Assembly (NCBI GenBank): GCA_904374385.1
Contig: CAJFGA010000002.1
Span: forward strand, 3,166-67,165
Length of the DNA stretch: 64,000 nucleotides
Direction: 5' to 3'
Origin: an uncultured Clostridia bacterium
Lineage (GTDB): Bacteria > Bacillota > Clostridia > Christensenellales > Borkfalkiaceae
In this document: positions 9,631 to 18,603 of the stretch, piece after piece
How positions within the stretch are numbered: the first letter of the stretch is position 1
Layout: the number at the start of each line of letters is the position of its first letter
Made by a program: the position numbers and the translations under genes
The notes under the pieces: model-generated
Databases searched by the model: none
Told to the model about the DNA's origin: nothing
Seen by the model: only the letters and a program-made list of their open reading frames with translations

Positions 9631-9704
9631 AATACACCTCACAGTTTTTAATAATTATACAATATATCGTGGAATATGTCAAGGAGTAAACACTAAATAT
9701 CGAA

Positions 9705-9929
9705 ATGAAATCAGATGGATTGTTTAAGGATATTTTAAAAAATAGAAAGATATCATTCAGCGAAATATCTCGTAGATCTGGCATCTCAGTCAGAACAATT
9801 GAAGAATGGTATTATAACGACAAAGAGCCTGGTTTTTATAAAGCAGAAAAAGTCCTTGCTGCTATGGGCTATAAATTGAAAATTGACAAAGGAGATGATG
9901 CAAGGCATGACAATGAAAGAATACGCTAA
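9705..9929 (+). CDS. XRE HTH protein
   Basis: SFSEISRRSGISVRTIEEW HTH. Confidence 0.75.
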   Translation: MKSDGLFKDILKNRKISFSEISRRSGISVRTIEEWYYNDKEPGFYKAEKVLAAMGYKLKIDKGDDARHDNERIR

Positions 9930-10083
9930 AAGCAGAGGACTGACGCAGAAACAGCTTGCCGATAAGGTTGGGATTGAATTTCATGCGATTTCCGCCTATG
10001 AAAACGGCTGGAGGTTTCCTCGCAGAGATATTCTCGACAAACTGGCAGAACAGTTGGAGTGCGAGATCAGAGATATTGTTTGA
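9907..10083 (+). CDS. XRE HTH protein
   Basis: GLTQKQLADKVG...ISAYENG. Confidence 0.8.
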   Translation: MTMKEYAKSRGLTQKQLADKVGIEFHAISAYENGWRFPRRDILDKLAEQLECEIRDIV

Positions 10084-10107
10084 GATTACAAAATAAAGGA
10101 GTTTCTC

Positions 10108-10350
10108 ATGACATACGCAGAGCGAGAAGAGATATTTTCGAAAGACTATCTCTCGATAGCCGACATACAGGCTCTTTTGGGGCTTTCATATCAAGACGCG
10201 GCAAAAACTATCCGTAACATTAAGCGAAAGACGGACAGGCTCGGTTTGCGCGGGAAAATCCATGTACAGGACTATTTGGATTATTTTGCACTCTCTACAG
10301 AAAGATACGTTCGGCCAGTGAGCGATGTTAACGAGCAAGAGCCGGCTTAG
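10108..10350 (+). CDS. Small DNA-binding protein, excisionase-like
   Basis: YLSIADIQALLGLS winged-HTH-like pattern; AAGGAG RBS. Confidence 0.55.
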   Translation: MTYAEREEIFSKDYLSIADIQALLGLSYQDAAKTIRNIKRKTDRLGLRGKIHVQDYLDYFALSTERYVRPVSDVNEQEPA

Positions 10351-10468
10351 AGGAGGAAAAATGAAATGTTTTTGATAACGTCGGAGATGTTGGACGAGTG
10401 TATCGAGGAGCTGAGCGAAATACTCGGCAGCCTGTATGCAGGAGGAGAAAAATTAAAGGAGGAAGTAT

Positions 10469-11401
10469 ATGAAGGAGTATAAAGGATTTAACAAAGATAT
10501 GACATGCCGCGAATTCCAATATGAAGAGGGCAAAGAGTACGAATGCGAGGGTAAAGTCAAAGTATGTGAAAATGGATTTCATGCATGTGAGCGTCCATTA
10601 GATTGTTTTGAGTATTATAATCCGGCTGAAAGTGTATATCACGAAGTTGAACTTGACGGAGACATATCCGAATCAACCGATGATACGAAAGTTGCCGCAT
10701 CAAAAATAAAGGTCGGTGCGCGATTAAATGTTTTAGGATTAGTGAAAGCACAATTTGATTATGTGAAATCAAAAACAACTCATGAAAATACTGATTCTAA
10801 AGTAGCAAATGCAGGCTACCGTGGTGCGGCAAATGCAGGCAACTATGGTGCGGCAAATGCAGGCAACTATGGTGCGGCAAATGCAGGCGACTGGGGTGCG
10901 GCAAATGCAGGCAACTATGGTGCGGCAAATGCAGGCTACCGTGGTGCGGCAAATGCAGGCGACTGTGGTGCGGCAAATGCAGGCGACTGTGGTGCGGCAA
11001 ATGTAGGCTACCGTGGTGCGGCAAATGCAGGCAACTGTGGTGCGGCAAATGCAGGCGACTGTGGTGCGGCAAATGTAGGCTACCGTGGTGCGGCAAATGC
11101 AGGCAACTGGGGTGCGGCAAATGCAGGCGACTGTGGTGCGGCAAATGCAGGCTACCGTGGTGCGGCAATATCAAGAGGAACGGCATCAGTCGGCAAGCAC
11201 GGTGTAGCAATAGCTCGTGGCTCAAACAGTAACAATTGTAAAGTCAAAGGAGACCTTGGCGCTGTTTTAATTATTGTACAGGAACAAGAAGAAAACTATG
11301 ATATAAAAAATTGGAAAGCTGTTGTAGTTGACGGTACAAACATCAAACCTGATACTTGGTACAAATTAGAAAACGGGATATTTGTTGAGGTTGAGAAATA
11401 A
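10469..11401 (+). CDS. Phage protein with DUF7666-like N-domain and octapeptide repeats
   Basis: YKGFNKDMTCREFQYEEG...CENGFHAC; C-terminal VDG..IKPDTWY. Confidence 0.8.
   Translation: MKEYKGFNKDMTCREFQYEEGKEYECEGKVKVCENGFHACERPLDCFEYYNPAESVYHEVELDGDISESTDDTKVAASKIKVGARLNVLGLVKAQFDYVKSKTTHENTDSKVANAGYRGAANAGNYGAANAGNYGAANAGDWGAANAGNYGAANAGYRGAANAGDCGAANAGDCGAANVGYRGAANAGNCGAANAGDCGAANVGYRGAANAGNWGAANAGDCGAANAGYRGAAISRGTASVGKHGVAIARGSNSNNCKVKGDLGAVLIIVQEQEENYDIKNWKAVVVDGTNIKPDTWYKLENGIFVEVEK
10805..11164 (+). repeat. 15 x 24-bp coding tandem repeat (ANAGxxGA)
   Basis: gcaaatg(c/t)aggc-N6-ggtgcg units. Confidence 0.92.
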
Positions 11402-11432
11402 AAAAAGCCCGCCGAAGCGGGGAGGATGAGTA

Positions 11433-11795
11433 ATGAAAAATACAATTTATTTAGACGATCTTTCAGAGTTATATGATCTTTGCGAAAAAGAAAACATGTC
11501 GTTCGGCGATGAAGCAATGCAAAATTTATTTCGAGCACAGGCGATTATTAAGGCGCGGGAAATTTCCTTTTTCGCTTTTGGATCACACGGTTACGCAGAC
11601 TATTTTTATCGTGTTGCGAACGGTATATCAGGGCTTTTCGGTAATGTTCGACCGCTGTTACGATTGTTTGATGAGCAAGGCTTGTTAACGGGCGACGACA
11701 TTAAACACGATATCAAACACAACGGAAATAATAGTCGTGAGGAGCATGAGGATTATTGCTATCCCAACGAACCTTATACGCAGGAGAAGGCATAA
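11433..11795 (+). CDS. Hypothetical phage protein
   Basis: ORF with upstream GGAGG. Confidence 0.6.
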   Translation: MKNTIYLDDLSELYDLCEKENMSFGDEAMQNLFRAQAIIKAREISFFAFGSHGYADYFYRVANGISGLFGNVRPLLRLFDEQGLLTGDDIKHDIKHNGNNSREEHEDYCYPNEPYTQEKA

Positions 11796-11800
11796 AACGC

Positions 11801-12001
11801 TCACTTCTCCTCCTCGATAGGGAAAAGCTCCTCGACGGTTGTATCAAGGGCGCGGGCGAGGCGATAAGCAAGATAGATGGACGGTTCATGCAAACCGTAT
11901 TCAAGTCCTTGGTAATAAACCAATGACATATTAAGTTCTTGTGCAATCTGTTCTTGCATTAACTTTAATTGTTTTCTTCTTTCGGCTAATCGGTTTTTCA
12001 T
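11801..12001 (-). CDS. XRE HTH protein
   Basis: QEQIAQELN...EPSI...TTVEELF. Confidence 0.82.
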   Translation of the reverse strand: MKNRLAERRKQLKLMQEQIAQELNMSLVYYQGLEYGLHEPSIYLAYRLARALDTTVEELFPIEEEK

Positions 12002-12198
12002 TTCTCATTCCTCCCGCAAAGGTAATCGAGGGAAACGTCAAAGAAGTCGGCGAGTTTGCAAAGCATTTCTATTGTGGGCTCACGTTTTCCAGCTTCATAA
12101 TATTGGTAGGCGCGCACTGTTATCATAAAAGTTTGAGCCATTTCAGACTGAGTAAGGTGTTTGGCAAGACGAAGATTTTTTAATCTTTCAGAAAACAT
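11998..12198 (-). CDS. XRE repressor-like protein
   Basis: YQYYEAGKREP...VSLDYLCGR. Confidence 0.85.
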   Translation of the reverse strand: MFSERLKNLRLAKHLTQSEMAQTFMITVRAYQYYEAGKREPTIEMLCKLADFFDVSLDYLCGRNEK

Positions 12199-12230
12199 TT
12201 GAAAATCCTCAAAAAAATTATTTCAATCGC

Positions 12231-12287
12231 TTGACACGAACAAAATGTTCGTATATAATAAGATACGAACACGAACAAAATGTTCGT
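12231..12287 (+). promoter_or_regulatory. Consensus promoter with two identical 17-bp operators
   Basis: TTGACA(12231)-17-TATAAT(12254); ACGAACAAAATGTTCGT at 12236 and 12271. Confidence 0.85.
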
Positions 12288-12307
12288 GAATAAGTAAAGG
12301 AGGTTTT

Positions 12308-12505
12308 ATGAACAACTTGAAGAAGCGTCGGGAAGAATTGAACCTGACGCAGAAGCAAGTAGCTGATACGTTGGAAATGGACGTCCGTCTTTATCAGTAC
12401 TATGAAGCAGGACAGAGAAATCCGGGCGTCCAAACCGCTATAAAAATAGCTGATGTCTTAAAAACCACCGTGGAAAAGTTGTTTCGAGACACTTCTATTA
12501 TATAA
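12308..12505 (+). CDS. Cro-like XRE HTH protein
   Basis: LTQKQVADTLE..VRLYQYYEAGQRNP; AAGGAGG RBS. Confidence 0.85.
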   Translation: MNNLKKRREELNLTQKQVADTLEMDVRLYQYYEAGQRNPGVQTAIKIADVLKTTVEKLFRDTSII

Positions 12506-12538
12506 CGAACTTTTTGACGTGTCAACCAAAAAGGCAAA

Positions 12539-12904
12539 ATGACAGAAACAGAAAGAAAGAGAATGAAGGAGCGGCTTAGCAAAAAGCTGGGCAAAGAGTT
12601 TGCAGGGAGCTTTTGGAGATGGCGCGGATCGGAGTTTATAAACTTCGGATATTGCGGTGTCGAAGGGGCAACAGCTCAGTATGAATTTCATATCAAGATG
12701 CTTACGCTAAAAGCCATAGTGCAAACACAAGATGATTACAACATACCGGACAGCGTTCATATGTTTGCCGGAGAAAACGCGATAGAAGAATGTATCGAGT
12801 GGACGGCAGAGAAGCTGATAGAGCTTTACGAAACGGTAAAACAGCGCACAGCGCCATATGAACAGGGCTTTCGTGACTACAAAAGGGCATTGGAAGGGAG
12901 GTAG
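12539..12904 (+). CDS. Hypothetical phage protein
   Basis: ORF within the early operon. Confidence 0.6.
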   Translation: MTETERKRMKERLSKKLGKEFAGSFWRWRGSEFINFGYCGVEGATAQYEFHIKMLTLKAIVQTQDDYNIPDSVHMFAGENAIEECIEWTAEKLIELYETVKQRTAPYEQGFRDYKRALEGR

Positions 12905-12907
12905 GAG

Positions 12908-13468
12908 ATGAAACTGACGATCGATGAAAATGCCGTAGTATGCGACATGGACGAAAAGAACGAACGATTTTGGCGGGCGGTAGAATATCCGTTTTTCCGG
13001 TATTCACCGCGTAACCAACGCCGGCTGAAGATCGAAAAAACAGATCATGAATACCAACGTTACGGGAACGCGAAAGCGGACGCGGAGGCGTTGTGGAAGG
13101 TGATAGGTTTTGCGGACATGTACGGCGTAGAGGTGGAAAACAGCGTACGGGAGCATTTACAGCATCTATACAGCGAGATACGGCGCATTTGGCAAAGGTA
13201 TCAAGAAGAAGATTACGCCAAAGCAAGGAAGCAGAAGTGTGAATATCGCATGGAATACGGGTGCGAAGGATGCCAAAGACTTGTGTACTACGAAGACGTG
13301 CCGGTCTGTACGGCATGCCAAGAGGTGCTTGACAGAAAGAATATGCCGACATACGACGGCAGAGAAGGCATTACATATCTTATCCGCTTAGTGCCTTTTC
13401 CGTCGGACAAATGTCCGCTCAAGGTCGGGCCTCTGTCTGACTGCAAAGATCTGCTGAGGCTGACATAG
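12908..13468 (+). CDS. Hypothetical phage protein with two CxxC pairs
   Basis: CEGC...CTAC; RBS present. Confidence 0.65.
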   Translation: MKLTIDENAVVCDMDEKNERFWRAVEYPFFRYSPRNQRRLKIEKTDHEYQRYGNAKADAEALWKVIGFADMYGVEVENSVREHLQHLYSEIRRIWQRYQEEDYAKARKQKCEYRMEYGCEGCQRLVYYEDVPVCTACQEVLDRKNMPTYDGREGITYLIRLVPFPSDKCPLKVGPLSDCKDLLRLT

Positions 13469-13478
13469 GAGGTGCGAG

Positions 13479-13664
13479 ATGGGAGAGGAAGCGATAAAGG
13501 AGCTGTCAAGGCTGATACGGGCCGCGCACAAGGCGCAGGGCAGGGAATATCTCTTGGCGCTGATAGCGATCGGGAGAGCGATCATGAAGCAAGCGGAGAC
13601 GGAGCCGCTGGTCATCCATAACACGGATGCGTGGAAAGACGAAAAAATCGAGGTGGAATTATGA
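13479..13664 (+). CDS. Hypothetical phage protein
   Basis: GGAGGTG RBS; coupled to the next gene. Confidence 0.55.
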   Translation: MGEEAIKELSRLIRAAHKAQGREYLLALIAIGRAIMKQAETEPLVIHNTDAWKDEKIEVEL

Positions 13665-14359
13665 AAATGCAGAAGTTATTGAACATTCAAAAGGATTTAA
13701 AAGCACCGAAATCACAGTACAACTCATTCGGTCAATACAATTACCGTAACTGTGAAGACATATTGGAAGCGGTAAAGCCTTTATGTGCGCGGGAGAACGC
13801 ATGTTTGACGCTATCAGATACGGTCGTACAGATCGGGGAAAGATACTACATACAGGCGTGTGCAACACTGTTTGACGGAGAAACGGGTGAAATCATCAAC
13901 ACAGTCACCGCCTATGCCCGGGAGGGTGCGGAGAAAAAGGGGATGGACAGCTCACAAGTAACCGGAGCGGCCAGTTCCTATGCGCGGAAGTACGCATTGA
14001 ACGGATTATTTAATATCGATGACACAAAGGATGCGGACAGCGACGAGAAACCCGCGCAGGCTTCGAAATCGGGCAATACAGCGGCGAAAGGGACAGCGGC
14101 AGGGAATGAGGCGGAGGACTTGAAAAACTCCGCAGACAGAGAGAAGTCGCTGTTAAGGAAAGCATGGCAGCGAGAGATTCTTGTCGGGGAAGAAGTTATG
14201 CGTTTGGGGGATATTCCTGTAGAGAATTTACAGAAATATTCGAAAAAGACAAAAGACGGATCCCTGCGTGACGATATGCTGCGTGTGATGCAGTACAAAT
14301 TCACAAAAGCGGCGAAAGCGCAGGAATCTGATTTACCGTTCAAAGAAGTGGAGGGCTAA
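13661..14359 (+). CDS. ERF-family ssDNA-annealing protein
   Basis: LKAPKSQYNSFGQYNYRNCEDILEAVKP and QVTGAASSYARKYALNGLF.IDD..DAD. Confidence 0.92.
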   Translation: MKMQKLLNIQKDLKAPKSQYNSFGQYNYRNCEDILEAVKPLCARENACLTLSDTVVQIGERYYIQACATLFDGETGEIINTVTAYAREGAEKKGMDSSQVTGAASSYARKYALNGLFNIDDTKDADSDEKPAQASKSGNTAAKGTAAGNEAEDLKNSADREKSLLRKAWQREILVGEEVMRLGDIPVENLQKYSKKTKDGSLRDDMLRVMQYKFTKAAKAQESDLPFKEVEG

Positions 14360-14389
14360 GAGAGAGGTTTCCGAAGGAGGTGATAAGAA

Positions 14390-15307
14390 TTGGCAAGAAA
14401 GAGAATGATCAGCCCTGAAATATGGGAATCATCGTCATTCTCGAAATTAAGTGATTTTGCCAAGCTAATATTTATAGGCCTAATATCAAACGCAGACGAC
14501 AGTGGAAAAGGAAAAGCCAGTCCCAGTTATATAAGGTCGAGGGTATTCCCGAACGATGAGGATCGGAGAGTTACCGACATTAAAAAAGCCCTATCCGAGA
14601 TAGCACTTAATATGTCCATAACTTTCTATGAAGTCGAAGGTGATAGCTTCTATCTCTTAACAAATTGGTCTCGCTGGCAAAAGATAGACCGTCCGACGCC
14701 ATCAAAGATTCCCGATCCCCCGCAAAAAGAAGAAGCAGCGGGGGAAAGGGGGAGGTCTATGCAAAATCAAAAATTCGAGGACAATTCGACGAATACTCGA
14801 CGAGGGCTCGACGAGGGCTCGTCGCCTAATAGAATAGAAAGGAATAAGAATAGAATAGAAAAAGAAGAGAAGTATAGCGCGCGTGCGCGCGAGGACGACG
14901 ATTGTTTTGGAAAGGAAGAAGCAACGCTTTCAAAGCATACCGAATCTAATTGTGGCACTACTTCCTTTACTCGCTTTATTGAGAAGTGGCACATAAATAC
15001 GGGAGCGCTTGACAACTACTCTGCGGGTAAGATAGCCGGGATAGATTGGGATGCGGTATCGGAGTGGGTGGCAAAGTCATCGTACCTTCAACAGCAAAAG
15101 GCAATATCGTTTTATATCCGGCATGCGAAAGACATATTGGACGGGGAATACTTCGATTATGAGAAGCCGAAAGGAGGAACCGCGGACGATTCGAAAGCAA
15201 ATAGATTTCCTCGGGAAGGTAATTTTTGGGACTCGGATTATGCGAAGCGGAAGAGCGAAGAGTATGAAGAACTCATGAGGAGGTTACACGAAAATGACGG
15301 CGGCTGA
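14390..15307 (+). CDS. Phage replication initiator
   Basis: MARKRMISPEIW...ADDSG...NWSRWQKIDRP N-domain; internal iterons. Confidence 0.8.
   Translation: MARKRMISPEIWESSSFSKLSDFAKLIFIGLISNADDSGKGKASPSYIRSRVFPNDEDRRVTDIKKALSEIALNMSITFYEVEGDSFYLLTNWSRWQKIDRPTPSKIPDPPQKEEAAGERGRSMQNQKFEDNSTNTRRGLDEGSSPNRIERNKNRIEKEEKYSARAREDDDCFGKEEATLSKHTESNCGTTSFTRFIEKWHINTGALDNYSAGKIAGIDWDAVSEWVAKSSYLQQQKAISFYIRHAKDILDGEYFDYEKPKGGTADDSKANRFPREGNFWDSDYAKRKSEEYEELMRRLHENDGG
14774..14865 (+). repeat. Putative phage origin (iterons)
   Basis: Five (c/t)tcgacga-like repeats at 11-bp period followed by an AGAAT-rich tract. Confidence 0.65.
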
Positions 15308-16168
15308 AAAGCAGAAAGCATTTATAAAGCATTGTTGCTTAGGGAAAGGCACCCGGGAACAAGTCGAGTACTATAAACAAAACTGTATGAGCGCGGAGGA
15401 GGTGGTATTCGGGAAACCGGTGTTTGAGATGAATACGCGAGAATTTATAGAATTTTGCGTATTATGTGAGAACATGCGTGAAGGGAACTTACCATACGGC
15501 AATTGTCCAAAGTGCAAGAACAAGGGATATATAGTCGGGATAGATGAATCGGGGAATGAGTACATGGAAGATTGCAGCTGTATGGACAAGCGGAAGAATA
15601 TGCGTATGTTGGAAGAAAGCGAATACAGTGCATTGCTGCGGCGTTGTACGTTTGAGCGTTTTAAGCTGAAAGAGGTATGGCAGAAGAACGCGCTTGCAAA
15701 ATGTAAGGATTGGACAAGGCAGGCTCGGTTTTCACTGTTATATTTGGGAGGGAAAACCGGCGCGGGTAAAACGCATTTAGCTGTGGCGGCGTTCAGGGTG
15801 GCGTTGATGCGCGGTTTGCACGGTCGGTTTGTATCATGGCGTACGATGTCGCGTGAATTGAAGATGAACATGGCATCTCCGGAATACGAACGTAAGATAC
15901 GCAGTCTAAAATACATACCGCTGCTATTATTGGATGATTTCTTTTGGTCTCCGAAGGGTTCGATTCCGTCCGACGAAGATTTTCGTTTGGCAAAAGAGAT
16001 CATTGACGCAAGATTTTATAACAACCGAAAGACGATCATCACGAGTAATTTTACGGCGCAGGATATATATACGAAAAGAATTATCTTCTTACCTTCGGAA
16101 GCGAATTGGAAAATTATCGATATAATCCCGCAATGGAAAAAATCACGGGCGAAGATTGTCCGTTTTAG
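15294..16168 (+). pseudogene. DnaC/IstB-like helicase loader, apparently frameshifted near 16070
   Basis: CxxC...CxC, Walker A GKTGAGKT, LLLLDD, TIITSN; natural-looking C-terminus in a shifted frame ending TAG 16168. Confidence 0.65.
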
Positions 16169-16178
16169 GAGGAGAAGC

Positions 16179-16517
16179 ATGTTAAAAATCAACGAAAAAT
16201 TTCAAATCCGAGAGGATGACGATTTGAATTACGGGCTTTATGAGTTGAAAGAAGTGAAAAACAGGAAGTCGGCAGAGTCGCATAAAGTGTGGTTGCACAT
16301 CGGGTATTTTGGGAAAGTATCGCATGCATTGTCGGCGGCGCTGAATAAGTACATAAAACAGATGATCGGGCAGGAGGAAATGGATTGCCGGACTCTTTTG
16401 GAAAGGTTAACACAACTTGAAAAGGATTTGTATTGCATGGATGTGAAGCATGAACCGAAGATCAGGCCTATTCAACGGAAAGAGAAGAGTAACAAAAGCG
16501 ATGGAGGAGAAGCATGA
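16179..16517 (+). CDS. Hypothetical phage protein
   Basis: AGGAGG RBS before ATG 16179; fused to the loader in the ORF track. Confidence 0.7.
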   Translation: MLKINEKFQIREDDDLNYGLYELKEVKNRKSAESHKVWLHIGYFGKVSHALSAALNKYIKQMIGQEEMDCRTLLERLTQLEKDLYCMDVKHEPKIRPIQRKEKSNKSDGGEA

Positions 16518-16649
16518 AACGGGAAGATAGGTTATCGGCGGGAATGAGCGAAGAGCAAGTAAAGAAGGTGACGGAGTTGCTGAAAGCGTCTTTCGAGCTT
16601 AGGCGCAGAAAGCTGCGGGAGATCGAAGAGCGGGAGCGGAGGGAAAGCG

Positions 16650-17066
16650 ATGATTTTCGAGATTAAGGGAAAGCCGCAGGGGAAAGCGCGGGCAAGAACG
16701 TTTTACGATAATCGCATAGGTAAAATGCGCTCTGTGACGCCCGAAAGAACAAAATCGTATGAAGAGTTGATTCGGTGGTCTTTCGTGTCACAGGGCGGCA
16801 AATACGGCGGTCATTCGGCGTCTTTCAGGGTGGAGATATCTGCGCGATATGAAGTTCCGCGGTCTTGGAGCAAAAAAAAGCGCACGGCGGCGCTGTCGGG
16901 AGAGATATTGCCGCAGGTAAAGCCTGACTGCGACAATGTCGTAAAAACGGTGTTGGATGCGTTGAACGGTGTTGCGTACAACGATGACAGGCAGGTCGTT
17001 TATGTCGCCTGCCGAAAGAAATATGCGGAGGAAGGCTCCATTTTAGTAAAAATTGAGGAGATGTGA
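16650..17066 (+). CDS. RusA-family Holliday junction resolvase
   Basis: KPDCDNVVKTVLDALNGVAYNDDRQV. Confidence 0.9.
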   Translation: MIFEIKGKPQGKARARTFYDNRIGKMRSVTPERTKSYEELIRWSFVSQGGKYGGHSASFRVEISARYEVPRSWSKKKRTAALSGEILPQVKPDCDNVVKTVLDALNGVAYNDDRQVVYVACRKKYAEEGSILVKIEEM

Positions 17067-17069
17067 TTT

Positions 17070-17456
17070 ATGAACAAAGTATTTTTAATCGGAAATTTAA
17101 CGAAAGACCCTGAATTATCAGAAACGCAAAGCGGCATCTCAGTGTGCCGATTCTCGATCGCAGTGAACAGGCGCAGGACGGGAGAGGGAGAACAGCAGAC
17201 GGACTTTTTCAACGTGACGGCGTGGCGCGGTACAGGCGAGAATGTGGCAAGGTTCTGCAAAAAGGGAAACAAGGTTGCCGTTACGGGGAGTGTGCAAATA
17301 AGGACGTACGAGACGAATGACGGCACGAAACGCACTGCGGTCGATGTCGTAGCCGAAGAAGTGGAGTTTTTGTCACCAAAGCCCGATAACGAAGCGAAAA
17401 CGCAGAAAAAGCCGACTTTGGAAGCGTTCGACGACGATTCAGACATTCCGTTTTGA
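17070..17456 (+). CDS. ssb: Single-stranded DNA-binding protein
   Basis: MNKVFLIGNLTKDPE; acidic DDSDIPF tail. Confidence 0.95.
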   Translation: MNKVFLIGNLTKDPELSETQSGISVCRFSIAVNRRRTGEGEQQTDFFNVTAWRGTGENVARFCKKGNKVAVTGSVQIRTYETNDGTKRTAVDVVAEEVEFLSPKPDNEAKTQKKPTLEAFDDDSDIPF

Positions 17457-17458
17457 GC

Positions 17459-18481
17459 ATGAGAACATTAAACCATTTGAGTCTATGCAGCGGAATCGGT
17501 GGATTAGACCTTGCGGCAGAACGGGCAGGGTTCAAAACAATCGGGCAATGCGAAATAGACGAATATGCAAGCAAAGTGCTTGCGAAAAATTTCAAAGGAG
17601 TACCGAATCTGCATGACATACGAACAGTTACAAATGAACGGCTTGCCGAAAACGGAATCGAAGGGAGCAAAATCACCGTCGTATCGGCAGGATTTCCGTG
17701 TCAGCCGTACAGCCTTGCAGGAAAAGGTCTCGGGGATAGTGACAGCCGTGACTTGTGGGGAGAAGTTGCAAGAGTGCTCGGAGAGATTAAACCACCTTGG
17801 TTCGTCGGTGAAAATACACCCGGTCTATTTGCAAGGCAAAATCAGCAATACTTCCGAAGAATACTCTATGACCTTACCGCGCTGGGGTATAGCGTCGGGT
17901 GGGGAATTTGGGGAGCTTGTGATGTCGGAGCGCCGCACCGAAGAGAGCGGGTGTTCATCATCGCAAACAGGAATATTTCCGACCCCGCTTGCGAGCGATG
18001 CGATTCGAATGAGATACAAAGAGGAAAGTCTTCAAAAAGTGGGGATGAGAAGAACGAACGGCGAGTACAAGAAGGCCGGGTGCAATCTGAGCGAATACGT
18101 GGCAGTATTCCCCACTCCGCAGGCGACGTCATGGGGTTGCCCAGGGGCGCGGAAAAAACTCAAGGAACTCGAAAAGAACGAAGTAATAACGGCAACGGAA
18201 CGCAAAGGGATGCAGGCTGGAAATGGTGGCAAACTGAACCCGACGTGGGTAGAAGCCTTGATGGGGTTTCCGACAGATTGGACAAATTTGGAGGATTGAG
18301 CAATGAAACGAAATATTATGCGAAGGCGTGGGAAGACGGTAGCTGGGAAAGCGGAATTGAGCGAGTTTCAATAAATTGTAGTCATAGAGTGGACAGACTT
18401 AGGTGCCTTGGAAACGCGGTAGTGCCGCAACAGGCATATCCGATTTTTAAGGCAATCGCTGATTTTTACAAGGAGAAGTAA
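17459..18481 (+). CDS. DNA cytosine-C5 methyltransferase, alpha polypeptide
   Basis: Motifs I (SGIGG), IV (GFPCQ), VI (ENTPG), VIII (RRERVF) and X (LGNAVVP); no motif IX in this frame. Confidence 0.9.
   Translation: MRTLNHLSLCSGIGGLDLAAERAGFKTIGQCEIDEYASKVLAKNFKGVPNLHDIRTVTNERLAENGIEGSKITVVSAGFPCQPYSLAGKGLGDSDSRDLWGEVARVLGEIKPPWFVGENTPGLFARQNQQYFRRILYDLTALGYSVGWGIWGACDVGAPHRRERVFIIANRNISDPACERCDSNEIQRGKSSKSGDEKNERRVQEGRVQSERIRGSIPHSAGDVMGLPRGAEKTQGTRKERSNNGNGTQRDAGWKWWQTEPDVGRSLDGVSDRLDKFGGLSNETKYYAKAWEDGSWESGIERVSINCSHRVDRLRCLGNAVVPQQAYPIFKAIADFYKEK
17613..18299 (+). CDS. Overlapping-frame beta polypeptide of the C5 methyltransferase
   Basis: Nested ORF with two FPTP motifs and motif IX-like LNPTWVEALMGFPTDWT; start uncertain (17565 or 17613). 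Confidence 0.75.
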   Translation: MTYEQLQMNGLPKTESKGAKSPSYRQDFRVSRTALQEKVSGIVTAVTCGEKLQECSERLNHLGSSVKIHPVYLQGKISNTSEEYSMTLPRWGIASGGEFGELVMSERRTEESGCSSSQTGIFPTPLASDAIRMRYKEESLQKVGMRRTNGEYKKAGCNLSEYVAVFPTPQATSWGCPGARKKLKELEKNEVITATERKGMQAGNGGKLNPTWVEALMGFPTDWTNLED

Positions 18482-18603
18482 AGGAGAAAAAGCAATGACA
18501 CTGGAAGAAGTAAAAAAACAAATCAGAACAGCCATGCATTTGGCAAAAGAAATGCAAACAGTATTGGAGCAAGCCGAAAAAAAACTTTCGGAGGAAGGGA
18601 AAG

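Noticed and set aside
10805-11164. CRISPR-like array
   Set aside because: In-frame 24-bp coding repeat with only 6-nt variable parts; no cas genes
15294-16517. Genuine 407-aa DnaC fusion protein
   Set aside because: An internal strong RBS/ATG at 16179 and a natural-looking loader C-terminus in another frame point to a frameshift artefact
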